A DNA stretch of 64,000 bases. Source: Candidatus Bathyarchaeum tardum. GTDB lineage: Archaea > Thermoproteota > Bathyarchaeia > Bathyarchaeales > Bathyarchaeaceae. The position numbers were made by a program, and so were the translations under genes. Positions 27,554 through 37,316 of this stretch are shown piece after piece (the first letter of the stretch is position 1; each line of letters opens with the position of its first letter). Location: the NCBI GenBank assembly GCA_024650005.2, contig CP122380.1, positions 1,024,001 through 1,088,000 on the forward strand, read 5' to 3'. Below the pieces are notes generated by a model. It saw only the letters and a list, made by a program, of their open reading frames with translations, had not been told where the DNA came from and did not search any database.

Positions 27554-29653
27554 TTATTCACACTTCTTTTTTTGTGCTAATGATTTTGGTTGGTATATGC
27601 ACCATGGGTCTTCTGCTAAGTAGTCTCCTTTTAGCTCTGTTGGTTCATGCAACGCTCCACAAAAGTCCATCTGATCCGTGGTTACTCCATACGCTCGGGC
27701 TCTGCATCCTCCACAGATTTCATTGTGTTCGCATTCGCCACATTTTCCTTTTAGTTTATTAAAGTCCCGTAACGCATTGAAAACTTCTGAGTTGAACCAT
27801 ATGTCTTTGAAGGATTTTTCCCGAATGTTTCCAAGATTAACTGGCATATATGGGCAAGGGGTGACCTCTCCTGACGGATAAATGCGACAATAATATAATC
27901 CTGCCATGCATCCCCGAACCCACCTGGACATATCTACTCCTTGGTCTTTGGCAACCCGCATGAACTGAGGGGCACATGAAGGCTTTACGTTCAATTTATA
28001 TTTTGTAGTTTTTGCCAAGGTTTTTGCAATCATTTCCTCGTACATATGTGGAGTAATATCTTGGATGTCTGTGCCCCTTCCAGTAGGTACCAAAAAGAAC
28101 AAATGGAAATTTTCAACCCCCAAATTTTCGGCTAGTGCCATTATGTCTTCCACTTCATCATAGTTTTGTTGGGTGACTGTACAATTTACTTGAACTTCTA
28201 TTCCTGCTTTTTTAAGAGCTTTAATAGCGTTTATCGCATGTTTCCAACAGCCTTTAACGCCGCGAAACTCATCATGGCGTTCAGGTTTGCTGGAGTCTAA
28301 ACTGATTGCAACAGTCCACATTCCGGCTTCCTTGAGCTTTTTTGCCACTTCGTCGTCGATAAGCATGCCATTGCTTCCCATGCCCATTCTTAGACCGCGG
28401 TCAGCACCGTACTTTATTATGTCGTAGATGTCTTCTCGTAGCAAAGGCTCGCCGCCACTGAGTATCAACAAAGGTTTGCTGACTTCAGTAATTTGGTGAA
28501 TAAGCATTTTCGATGCATCAGTGCTTAATTCATTCGTAGTTGTTGCTTTTGTTCCTTCGGCGTTGATGTAACAGTGGGCACACTTCAAATTACACCGCAA
28601 GGTCATGTTCCAAGAAATTACCAGTGGAACGTATTTTTCATTAATTGTTTTTTCTTCTGAATTAGGCGCAAGTTTGATTTGATATTCACATTTCCCATCA
28701 GTTGCCATTCTTAAAGGCTGAGAAACAGCCACTGGAAACGGAATAAACTTTCCAAACATGGACTGAGCATGGGCTTTACAAAAAATTTTACAGAAAAGTT
28801 GACCGCTTTGATTGCTTTTGCCGTTTTTTTGTTCCATGTATTTGTGGCTTCCATGGATTGGGCAGTTCAAGAAGCGCATGAACCCTCCCAGGTTTTTCAT
28901 ATCCATTTTATATTCAATGAAGTGGTCGCTGAGCATCAATTTTTGCAGTTTTTCTTTTGATAATCCAACTTTCAATGAAACTTCAAATGCTGAATCCACT
29001 GTTTTGTCGCCAAAGCTTTTCTGAACGCTTCTCATGCCTTTTGCAACTTGTTCAATGCCTAGATCTTCAACTATTTTTTCTATAATCAAAAATCCTTTGA
29101 TTGTTTCATATTCTTGACGCAAACGCATCTCAACAACGTGCAGGGTCCAGTCTTCAAAGAGATTTTGGATTTCTTCTAATGATTCTGGGGCATGTTGCTT
29201 TAGCAAATCTTCAACTTTTTTGGTTTTCTTACTTAATTTTCGAAAAAGATCAATTTTTTCTAATGCATCAGGAGCTGGACATTTAACGGATTTTACTGCA
29301 TTAGCATTTAACTTGATAATCCCGTCTAGTAATTCTTCTGTGTCTGAAACAAAATCAGCGTAAAATTGCCACAATTCATCTTCTATTTCTGGCTCATCAA
29401 CATTTAATTCTTCAAGAACAATTCTATGTTCTGAAGACATCTTACTTATCATGGCCATATGATACAGTAATGACCCCTCCATGCTGACGTCACTGTTTCT
29501 TCCTGAAGAGCCATGAAAAACCTCAGAAACTAAGCTTTTTGCTGTATCAAAATTGCCAGAAGATATGGCTTCTACTGCATTATCTATTTTCTTTTTTCTT
29601 TCCTTCAGCAGAAGTGCCCACTTGTGGCAATGTGCTTTATCGAATTTCGTTAA
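27554..29653 (-). CDS. Radical SAM/SPASM protein (AhbD/NirJ2-like) with long N-terminal extension
   Basis: CNLKCAHC, SGGEPL, SCAPQFMR, GCMAG, CGEC...CGGCRARA, EDPWC; frame stays open 57 codons upstream of ATG 29482 to a TTA behind AGGAGAGGG. Confidence 0.85.
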   Translation of the reverse strand, partial: LTKFDKAHCHKWALLLKERKKKIDNAVEAISSGNFDTAKSLVSEVFHGSSGRNSDVSMEGSLLYHMAMISKMSSEHRIVLEELNVDEPEIEDELWQFYADFVSDTEELLDGIIKLNANAVKSVKCPAPDALEKIDLFRKLSKKTKKVEDLLKQHAPESLEEIQNLFEDWTLHVVEMRLRQEYETIKGFLIIEKIVEDLGIEQVAKGMRSVQKSFGDKTVDSAFEVSLKVGLSKEKLQKLMLSDHFIEYKMDMKNLGGFMRFLNCPIHGSHKYMEQKNGKSNQSGQLFCKIFCKAHAQSMFGKFIPFPVAVSQPLRMATDGKCEYQIKLAPNSEEKTINEKYVPLVISWNMTLRCNLKCAHCYINAEGTKATTTNELSTDASKMLIHQITEVSKPLLILSGGEPLLREDIYDIIKYGADRGLRMGMGSNGMLIDDEVAKKLKEAGMWTVAISLDSSKPERHDEFRGVKGCWKHAINAIKALKKAGIEVQVNCTVTQQNYDEVEDIMALAENLGVENFHLFFLVPTGRGTDIQDITPHMYEEMIAKTLAKTTKYKLNVKPSCAPQFMRVAKDQGVDMSRWVRGCMAGLYYCRIYPSGEVTPCPYMPVNLGNIREKSFKDIWFNSEVFNALRDFNKLKGKCGECEHNEICGGCRARAYGVTTDQMDFCGALHEPTELKGDYLAEDPWCIYQPKSLAQKKKCE

Positions 29654-29757
29654 AGTTTCCCTCTCCTGTTACGATTTAATGGCGTTAAAGCGTTAAGGAG
29701 TTATAAATTCTTTGATTTTCCCTGATATTCTTTTGTTATGTTAATTTTACGTCTGGT

Positions 29758-30150
29758 GTGTTAATTAAAACCAAAACAGTAACCATCTGCCGAATTATCA
29801 TTATGTCTTCTTTAGCTGTGCTAATTTCTTGGCTTATTACTGTTGGTATCCCCTTATTGCCTGTTATCGTAATCTTCATCGCAATGGCTTTAACAGTGAT
29901 CTTGAAACGAAAGGATAAACAACCCTCCGTGTTGACGAGAGACTCCAATTAATAAACGCAAAAACAGCAACATTATCGATAAATTTCTTTCTTTTGGGTA
30001 AAACAATTATTGGTTTATTTTTGTTAACCCTTTCTTATGCCTGATATTCTGATCTTTCTTTGTTGGGTTACTGCTGATTTTACTCAAACTGTTCATTGCT
30101 TGTTTTGAATCTAGTAATTGGAGCCTACTTCCTTAGGCAGTATGGGGTTA
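29758..30150 (+). pseudogene. DUF2178-like membrane protein remnant
   Basis: Two TMs, then frameshift to VDERLQLINAKTA (DER motif); later stops; typical partner of Xre regulators. Confidence 0.65.
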
Positions 30151-30157
30151 ACTGTGC

Positions 30158-30348
30158 TTGAAAACTAAACTGAAGGTGTATCGAGCAATGCATGACTTAA
30201 CACAAGAAGACCTTGCCTGAGCAATTGGAGTAACTCGGCAGACGTTGATAGCAAATGAGAACGGAAAATTGCACGCTACTTTAATGTTAGCATTGAAAAT
30301 GTTTTTATCTATGACGAAAATGATAAACAATTGAAAAGGGGACATTAA
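30158..30348 (+). pseudogene. Xre-family HTH regulator remnant
   Basis: MKTKLKVYRAMHDLTQEDLA*AIGVTRQTLIANENGK, then deletion/frameshift to IARYFNVSIENVF. Confidence 0.85.
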
Positions 30349-30351
30349 AGG

Positions 30352-31134
30352 GTGAGCGATACTAAATCAAAGTTTGCAGTAAATATTGAAAATGTTTCTA
30401 AAAGTTTTGGAGCTGTTCAAGCAGTTAAAAAATTAGATTTACAAATCGATGCAGGAACAGTTTTTGGTTTTCTAGGTCCCAATGGTTCAGGCAAGTCTAC
30501 AACCATGAAAATGATAATGGGGCTATTGAAAGCAGACTCTGGGAACTTGCAAGTTTTTGGAATAAATGTCTTAAATGACCCTTGGGCCGTCAAAAAAATT
30601 GTTGGTTATGTTCCGGAAAGTCCCCGACTTTACACTTTTCTTACTGGATTGGAGTACTTAGATTTCATCGCCGATGTGTATGGTTTAGATGCGGCAACAA
30701 AGAAAACTAGAATCCATGGGTATCTAGAAGCCTTTAATTTAGAAAATCGTGAAAACGAAATGATCAGCGGTTATTCTCATGGCATGCAACAAAAAATCGC
30801 AATTATTGCTGCTTTATTACACAAGCCTCGACTTCTCATTCTTGATGAACCTCTTGGTGGGTTGGATCCCAAATCTGCACGAATTGTGAAAGACTTAATT
30901 CACAAACTAGCAAACGAAGGTGTAACCACAATTTTGAGTACTCATGTTTTGGAAATTGCTGATGCAGTCTGTGACAAGATAGCAATTTTGTATGATGGAG
31001 CAAAATTAGCGGAAGGCACTCCAGGTCAATTGCGTGAAGAATCTCAAATGCCTGAATCATCACTTGAAGAAATTTTCTTGAAGTTGACTGGTTCAAATGA
31101 CGTAAAAGACATTGTTCAAGCCCTCGGAAAATGA
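30352..31134 (+). CDS. ABC-2 type transporter ATP-binding protein
   Basis: GPNGSGKST, YSHGMQQK, LILDEP, STH. Confidence 0.95.
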   Translation: MSDTKSKFAVNIENVSKSFGAVQAVKKLDLQIDAGTVFGFLGPNGSGKSTTMKMIMGLLKADSGNLQVFGINVLNDPWAVKKIVGYVPESPRLYTFLTGLEYLDFIADVYGLDAATKKTRIHGYLEAFNLENRENEMISGYSHGMQQKIAIIAALLHKPRLLILDEPLGGLDPKSARIVKDLIHKLANEGVTTILSTHVLEIADAVCDKIAILYDGAKLAEGTPGQLREESQMPESSLEEIFLKLTGSNDVKDIVQALGK

Positions 31135-31149
31135 GGTGGGTAACTGGCT

Positions 31150-32775
31150 TTGAATTTTAAACTTATTTTGCACTTTGCAAAAATTTTGGCGCTGGCTTCA
31201 GTTCGTTCAAAGAGAGTTAATGATTCTACTCCGAAAGGGTTTTCAAAATCCCCGCGAATAAATATCATCTTCGGTGTTGCATCTTTTGTAGTTGCAACCA
31301 TTGTTGCATACTTTTTTTCAACAGGCTTTCTAGCCGACCTTAATCTCGCTGTGTTCGTAGTTCAAATTGCAATCTTTCTTCCATCAATTATGACTTTAAT
31401 GGCTGTAATGTATGGAGTCTTGTATGAGTTCAGCCAATCATCCTCTGTGGGTTCATCCGATGTGATAAATTGGTTGCCCATATATCCTATTGAATTTGTT
31501 TTAGCTTCAGCACTTTCAATGCTTTACTTTTTAGCGCCTTTAATCGGTATAGTTTACGGTGCAGTAATAGGTTTATCGTTATCAGCAAACATGTTAGATG
31601 TAGGTCTTTTCGGCTTAGCTGTGAGCACTTTGGGATTGTTCTTGGGTACTTTCACCTTAGAAATTATGCGAGCAATAACAAATCGTGTATCATCTACTGT
31701 TTACAAGCGCACCGGTCGAACCACCGTAATCGTAAGAATGGTTATGTTTGTACTCATTTTCGTTGTGTACATGCTCTTAACTAATGTCAACTTCTTGTTT
31801 TCTATCCTTAACCAATTCATGGGTGGAATCCAGTCAGCATGGTTCATACCCGTTTTATGGCCATCATTAGCTGTAATGAGTTACCTCTCCACGCAAGTTT
31901 TAGAGCTGTTAGTATATTCCTTACTAAGTGTAGTACTAACACTATTGCTTCTTTGGACTGGAGTAAAATTTAGACACAAATACTGGGTTCCTGTACCCTT
32001 CGCAATAAATTTAACATCCTCAAAACCATATTCGCCAAAACAAGGATTATTGGGAACATTAGGCTTTAGTGCCGCTGAATCAGCAATAATTAGAAAAGAC
32101 TTTCGAGGTTTAATTCGTCGAAAAGAAATGATGGTGTGGATTGCTGTGCCTTTAGGCATTAGCGTAATCTCCTTTTTTTCTACACAATCTGCTTTAGAAT
32201 CTGCAGTAAGCACGATAGACCGTTTAGCACTATTTTCTGGTCCATTAATTGGAGTATTCATGTTCACTTTTTACATATCCTTAACAGCCATTGGACAAGA
32301 AGGAAATGCTTTCATGAACTTGCTAATAACTCCACTTAAAGAGAACGAAATTGTCAAAGCCAAAATTTTAACAGCTTTAATCCCCTCAGTGTGCGCTTTA
32401 ACATTAATCATTGCAGTAATACAGTTGATTATACAACTCCAACCAATGACACTGGTTGTAATAACAGTAGCCCTGTTTTCTGCTCTTTTTGAAAGCGCAT
32501 TTGTTGGCTTGGTTGTTGGCAGTAAATTCCCCGATTTTAATGAAGTTCCCCGAGCACGGTTCATCAACCAAAAAGGAGTTTGGCTAGGAATGCTCCTAAT
32601 TGCAGGTTGCGTAGCTGTAACGTTTTTGCCTTTGATATTGTATGTTTTTGGTTCTTCGGGATTTTTTCCAATTTTTGCTGCTCCCTTAATTTCTGCAACT
32701 GTTGGAGTAGTGGTCTGTTATGTGAGTTATCTGGAAACAATCAACAGTTTACAAAAACTAATGGTCGATGATTGA
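31150..32775 (+). CDS. ABC-2 type permease (duplicated halves)
   Basis: Many TMs; KDFRGLIRR, IGQEG..F.NL...P, VKAK motifs. Confidence 0.85.
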   Translation: MNFKLILHFAKILALASVRSKRVNDSTPKGFSKSPRINIIFGVASFVVATIVAYFFSTGFLADLNLAVFVVQIAIFLPSIMTLMAVMYGVLYEFSQSSSVGSSDVINWLPIYPIEFVLASALSMLYFLAPLIGIVYGAVIGLSLSANMLDVGLFGLAVSTLGLFLGTFTLEIMRAITNRVSSTVYKRTGRTTVIVRMVMFVLIFVVYMLLTNVNFLFSILNQFMGGIQSAWFIPVLWPSLAVMSYLSTQVLELLVYSLLSVVLTLLLLWTGVKFRHKYWVPVPFAINLTSSKPYSPKQGLLGTLGFSAAESAIIRKDFRGLIRRKEMMVWIAVPLGISVISFFSTQSALESAVSTIDRLALFSGPLIGVFMFTFYISLTAIGQEGNAFMNLLITPLKENEIVKAKILTALIPSVCALTLIIAVIQLIIQLQPMTLVVITVALFSALFESAFVGLVVGSKFPDFNEVPRARFINQKGVWLGMLLIAGCVAVTFLPLILYVFGSSGFFPIFAAPLISATVGVVVCYVSYLETINSLQKLMVDD

Positions 32776-33011
32776 TTTTTCTTTATATGCCTCCTCTGGC
32801 ATTTTTTTGAGCGAATGTTAGGGCTTGAATTACTGTTTATTTTCTAAACTAAATCATCAATTCTCCTAGGATAAATAAAATCATTAACAATACTTTTATT
32901 CGGAAAAAACTTATTTTTTGCCTTTGAGCATGTTTTTTTGAAGGATTTCGAAAGGTAAATAAAGCTCTAACCGTGTGTGATATCTCAAACTGAAACTAGA
33001 GGTAGCTTAAA

Positions 33012-35357
33012 TTGGCTAAGAAAGGTTTAGTTGTTAAAGCAAAAGAACTTAAAACAGATGTTGCTGTGGTTAAGGACCTCGAAGTATCCGTCGGAAAAAT
33101 CATCGACGATACTTGGGACGAACCAATGGGTCCAACTCCATTTCCATCAATCACCGATTTGAGGAGTTGGGACTTCAAACTTCTGCAACGCTATAAACCC
33201 TTTTATCTGCCCTTCTGTGACGTCTGCTGTTTATGCACTTATGGAAAATGTGACCTATCAGGAGACAAACGCGGGGCCTGTGGACTAAATATGGCTGCAC
33301 AACAATCGCGAATTGTTCTTCTCGCATGTTGTATCGGTGCTGCAACACACACTGCACACGGCAGGCATTTGGTTCACCATTTAATCGAAAAATATGGACG
33401 CGATATCCCCCTTGACCAAGGTGGTTTAAACATCGACATTGACATGCCTGTAACTCAACTTGTTTGTGGAATAAAACCCAAGACTTTGAAGGATTTAGAA
33501 GATGCTTTGACTTGGGCCGAAGAACAAGTTACTCATTGTATTTCTGCAACCCATACTGGACAAGAAGGAAACAATATCGACTTTGAGTCTAAAGCTTTTC
33601 ATGCAGGAATGGCTGACCAAGTCGGAATGGAAGTTGCTGATATTGCACAGATTTCCGTCTTTGGTTTTCCAAAAGCTGATCCTGAAGCTCCATTGGTCGA
33701 ACTAGGTTTTGCTGTAGCAGACACTAAAAAACCAACAATACTTGTAATTGGTCACAACGTTCCATCCAGCGTTGGAATAATAGATTACATGAGAAAGAAA
33801 GACCTAATGGACAAAGTCGAAGTAGTTGGTATCTGTTGTACTGCTCATGACTTAACCCGATATGAACCCCGAGCAAAAGTTATTGGTCCAATTTCTTGGC
33901 AACTAAAATACATTCGAAGTGGATTAGCAGACCTAATAGTAGTTGACGAACAATGCATTCGGGCAGACACATTAGAAGAAGCACAAAAAGTTAATGCACC
34001 CGTAATTGCAACAAGTCCCAAAAATTGTTTAGGTCTTGAGAACAGTGATGACAAACCCACTGCAGAAATCATATCTAATTTAGTTGAAGGCAAAGAGCCA
34101 GGTGCACTAATTTTTGACACTGACAAAGCAGGAGAAGTTGCAGTTGAAACAGTAATGGCAGTTGCACCTAAACGAAACAAATTCAGTGTAATTCCTGACC
34201 TTGAAGCAATCAAAGCAGCGGGTGCCGCTTGTTCTGAATGTAACGAATGTATTCGTGCTTGTCCAAATAATCAGCCTATCCCTCAAGCAATGAAAGCAGC
34301 AGCAGAAGGAGACTTTAGCTTATTCCAAGAAGTTTACGATAACTGTGTCGGATGTGCCCGATGTGACAGTGCTTGTCCGAAAGACTTCCCACTGCACAGT
34401 TTCATGATCAAAGTAGGCGAACAAAAAGACCTAAATGAAAAATTCTTAATGCGGTCTGGACGTGGAGCTATCCAAGATATAGAAATCCGAAATGTTGGGG
34501 GTCCTATAGTTCTTGGTGAAATTCCAGGAGTTATTGCATTAGTTGGATGTGCCAACTATCCTGGCGGTAACGAAGAAGTCGCAGAAATCGCAGAAGAATT
34601 TGCCAAACGCCGATTCATCGTTGTCCTTTCGGGATGTGCAGCAATGTCCGCAGCAATGGTAAAAGACGAAGAAGGAAAAACGCTATACGAGAAATATCCT
34701 GGCGGCTTTGAAGCTGGAGGTGTCTTGAACGTTGGTTCATGTGTTTCTAATCCACACATTGCTGGTGCCGCAATCAAAATCGCTAACATATTCGCTAAAC
34801 GCAACTTACGTGCTAACTACGAAGAAATTGCTGATTACATCCACAATCGAGTTGGAGCAGTTGGTCTAGCTTGGGGAGCAATGTCCCAAAAAGCTGCATC
34901 AATCGCTGCTGGATTCTGGAGACTTGGTGTGCCTGTAGTGGTCGGTCCGCATGGATCTAAGTATCGACGTATGCTTCTCGGACGAAAAGACAAGAAAGAA
35001 GACTGGGAAGTATTTGACGCCAGAACTGGTGACAAAGTTTACGTTGGTCCTGCTCCTGAACACTTGTTCACTTCTGCCGAAAGTAAAGAAGAAGCAATTG
35101 TAATGTTAGCCAAGTTATGCATGCGTCCAAATGATCAATCTAAAGGTCGTAGCATGAAATTGACTCACTACATTGACCTTCACAAACGGTACTATGGTGT
35201 AATGCCTGATGACATACACCTATACATCAGAAACAAGATGGATATCCCACTAACAATGAAGGATGAAATAGTTAAAATCCTTGAAGAAAAAGGCTGGGAA
35301 GAAACAAAGATTCCCGACCCAACATTGTTAGAAAGAATGGTTAGGAAAAGAGTGTGA
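33012..35357 (+). CDS. cdhA: CO dehydrogenase/acetyl-CoA synthase alpha subunit
   Basis: CDVCCLCTYGKC, HTAHGRH, IGHN, GICCT, DEQC, two ferredoxin motifs, GCANY, GSCVSN, SQKA. Confidence 0.97.
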   Translation: MAKKGLVVKAKELKTDVAVVKDLEVSVGKIIDDTWDEPMGPTPFPSITDLRSWDFKLLQRYKPFYLPFCDVCCLCTYGKCDLSGDKRGACGLNMAAQQSRIVLLACCIGAATHTAHGRHLVHHLIEKYGRDIPLDQGGLNIDIDMPVTQLVCGIKPKTLKDLEDALTWAEEQVTHCISATHTGQEGNNIDFESKAFHAGMADQVGMEVADIAQISVFGFPKADPEAPLVELGFAVADTKKPTILVIGHNVPSSVGIIDYMRKKDLMDKVEVVGICCTAHDLTRYEPRAKVIGPISWQLKYIRSGLADLIVVDEQCIRADTLEEAQKVNAPVIATSPKNCLGLENSDDKPTAEIISNLVEGKEPGALIFDTDKAGEVAVETVMAVAPKRNKFSVIPDLEAIKAAGAACSECNECIRACPNNQPIPQAMKAAAEGDFSLFQEVYDNCVGCARCDSACPKDFPLHSFMIKVGEQKDLNEKFLMRSGRGAIQDIEIRNVGGPIVLGEIPGVIALVGCANYPGGNEEVAEIAEEFAKRRFIVVLSGCAAMSAAMVKDEEGKTLYEKYPGGFEAGGVLNVGSCVSNPHIAGAAIKIANIFAKRNLRANYEEIADYIHNRVGAVGLAWGAMSQKAASIAAGFWRLGVPVVVGPHGSKYRRMLLGRKDKKEDWEVFDARTGDKVYVGPAPEHLFTSAESKEEAIVMLAKLCMRPNDQSKGRSMKLTHYIDLHKRYYGVMPDDIHLYIRNKMDIPLTMKDEIVKILEEKGWEETKIPDPTLLERMVRKRV

Positions 35358-35362
35358 TAAAA

Positions 35363-35908
35363 ATGAGTGCAAAAGCAGAACCTTGGCAAACAGCAGAAGT
35401 TGCTGGTCCCCGGAAAGCTAATGTAATTACAAAACCCGAAATTGCTGCAGCAATGATTAAGCGCGCAAAACGCGCTATCATTGTTGTCGGCACTTTAGCT
35501 ACAGATGCTGAAAAAGACACCGGAAAAATGATTGATTACACAATTCGTTTAAGCAAAGCTAGTGGGGTTCCTGTGGTCGCAACCGCACACACGGCACGCG
35601 ACCTAGTAAAAGCAGGATTCCAACCCGCTTCAAGCATGTCTGCAATGGACATTGGAAACAGACTCAAAGACCCCTCATGGACTGGCTTAGACGGAAAAGG
35701 TCCATACGATCTTGCAGTATTCCTTGGTCTTCCTTACTATATGGAATACTTGATTTTGTCTGGATTGAAGCACTTTTCCGAAAATCTAAAAACTATAACT
35801 TTGGACCGTTACTACAACCCAAATGCTAGTTGGTCTTTCCCTAACCTCAAAGTCGAAGAATGGAATCAAAGTTTTGAAACAATTATAAACAATTTTGGAG
35901 GAAATTAA
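35363..35908 (+). CDS. cdhB: CODH/ACS epsilon subunit
   Basis: MIKRAKR, W.GLDGKGPYDL, LSGLKHF, PNASWSF. Confidence 0.95.
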   Translation: MSAKAEPWQTAEVAGPRKANVITKPEIAAAMIKRAKRAIIVVGTLATDAEKDTGKMIDYTIRLSKASGVPVVATAHTARDLVKAGFQPASSMSAMDIGNRLKDPSWTGLDGKGPYDLAVFLGLPYYMEYLILSGLKHFSENLKTITLDRYYNPNASWSFPNLKVEEWNQSFETIINNFGGN

Positions 35909-35913
35909 AAGAA

Positions 35914-37311
35914 ATGTCAATGTTTGAAGACATCCCTGTGGATGTTGGAGTAATTTACGAAGGAGAACGAATCCGAAAAGATGGTATGCAAATTGAACTC
36001 GGTGGACCTAAACAACCAGCAAAGTTCGAAATTGTACGTGGAAGACCAATGAATGAAATCGAAGACGGCAAAGTCATAATCGTCGGTCCTGATCTAAAAG
36101 ACCTACCTGAAGGTGGCAATGCTCCTTTTGGTCTTTTAATCGAGGTTGCAGGTGAAAAATTTGAAGAAGATCTCGAAGGTGTAACCGAGCGTCGACTCCA
36201 TGAATATCTTAACTATATTGAAGGTATTATGCACTTAAACCAGCGCTACGACATTTGGATTCGAATAAGCAAAAAATCTTTCCAAAAGGGACTAACTTCT
36301 TTCAGTTATGTTGGACAAGTTTTGATGCGACTCTTCAAGAGTGAATTACCTTTCATCGAAAAAATCCAAATTACATTCATAACTGACGCAGCAAAAGTTA
36401 AAGAAAAACTTGATGAAGCAATTGATGTCTACGACCACCGTGATGCAAAAGCCCGTGGAATGAAAGACTCTGATGTTGATACATTCTATGGATGTACTTT
36501 ATGTCAATCTTTTGCACCCTCACATGTGTGTGTAATTACTCCTCAACGATACTCTAACTGTGGTTCAATCAGCTGGTTCGATGGCAGAGCTTCTGCACAA
36601 GTTGACCCAAAAGGACCAATTTTTGCTATAGAAAAAGGTGAAGTACTTGATGAAGAAAAAGGGGAATTCGCTGGTGCAAACGAAGCAGTCAAGAACAAAT
36701 CCCTTGGTGCAGTTGAACGTGTATGGATGTATACCGGTTTTGGTTATCCTCACACATCCTGTGGATGTTTTGAAGCTATCGCTTTCTATATTCCTGAAGT
36801 AGAAGGCTACGGAATTGTCGACCGTGGCTACCGTGGCGTATCAGTAAACGGACTGGCATTCTCAACTTTGGCTGACTCCACTTCAGGTGGCAGACAAGTA
36901 GACGGATTCCACGGACTATCCATCGAATACATGCGATCACCAAAATTCATGCTCGCAGACGGTGGATGGGACAGAATCGTTTGGATGCCTAAGGCAATCA
37001 AGGAGCGCGTTAAAGAATTCATACCTGCAGAAGTTGTAGATAAAATTTCAACCGAAGAAGAAACCAAAAACATTGAAGAACTACAAGAATTCCTCAAGAA
37101 ACAAGATCATCCTGTTGTTAAACGATGGACTGAAGAAGAAGCAGAAGAAGAAACCGCTGAAGCAGAAGAAGGTCTAGAAACCATGGGAACCATGGTCCCA
37201 ATGTCAACAGCAACAATGTCCGCAGGTGGATTCAAGATAATCTTCAAGAACGCAAAAATCCACGCTGAACGAATAATAATTAAACGAGAGAAATCTAAAT
37301 CCAAAAGGTGA
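35914..37311 (+). CDS. cdhC: Acetyl-CoA synthase beta subunit
   Basis: YEGERIR, FYGCTLCQSFAPSHVC, PHTSCGCFE, acidic linker. Confidence 0.97.
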   Translation: MSMFEDIPVDVGVIYEGERIRKDGMQIELGGPKQPAKFEIVRGRPMNEIEDGKVIIVGPDLKDLPEGGNAPFGLLIEVAGEKFEEDLEGVTERRLHEYLNYIEGIMHLNQRYDIWIRISKKSFQKGLTSFSYVGQVLMRLFKSELPFIEKIQITFITDAAKVKEKLDEAIDVYDHRDAKARGMKDSDVDTFYGCTLCQSFAPSHVCVITPQRYSNCGSISWFDGRASAQVDPKGPIFAIEKGEVLDEEKGEFAGANEAVKNKSLGAVERVWMYTGFGYPHTSCGCFEAIAFYIPEVEGYGIVDRGYRGVSVNGLAFSTLADSTSGGRQVDGFHGLSIEYMRSPKFMLADGGWDRIVWMPKAIKERVKEFIPAEVVDKISTEEETKNIEELQEFLKKQDHPVVKRWTEEEAEEETAEAEEGLETMGTMVPMSTATMSAGGFKIIFKNAKIHAERIIIKREKSKSKR

Positions 37312-37316
37312 ACAGC

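Noticed and set aside
10811-30348. Selenocysteine or other readthrough at in-frame TGA codons (zinc-ribbon remnant 10811-10930, Xre remnant 30158-30348)
   Set aside because: TGAs are at non-Cys positions and accompany other lesions, consistent with decay.
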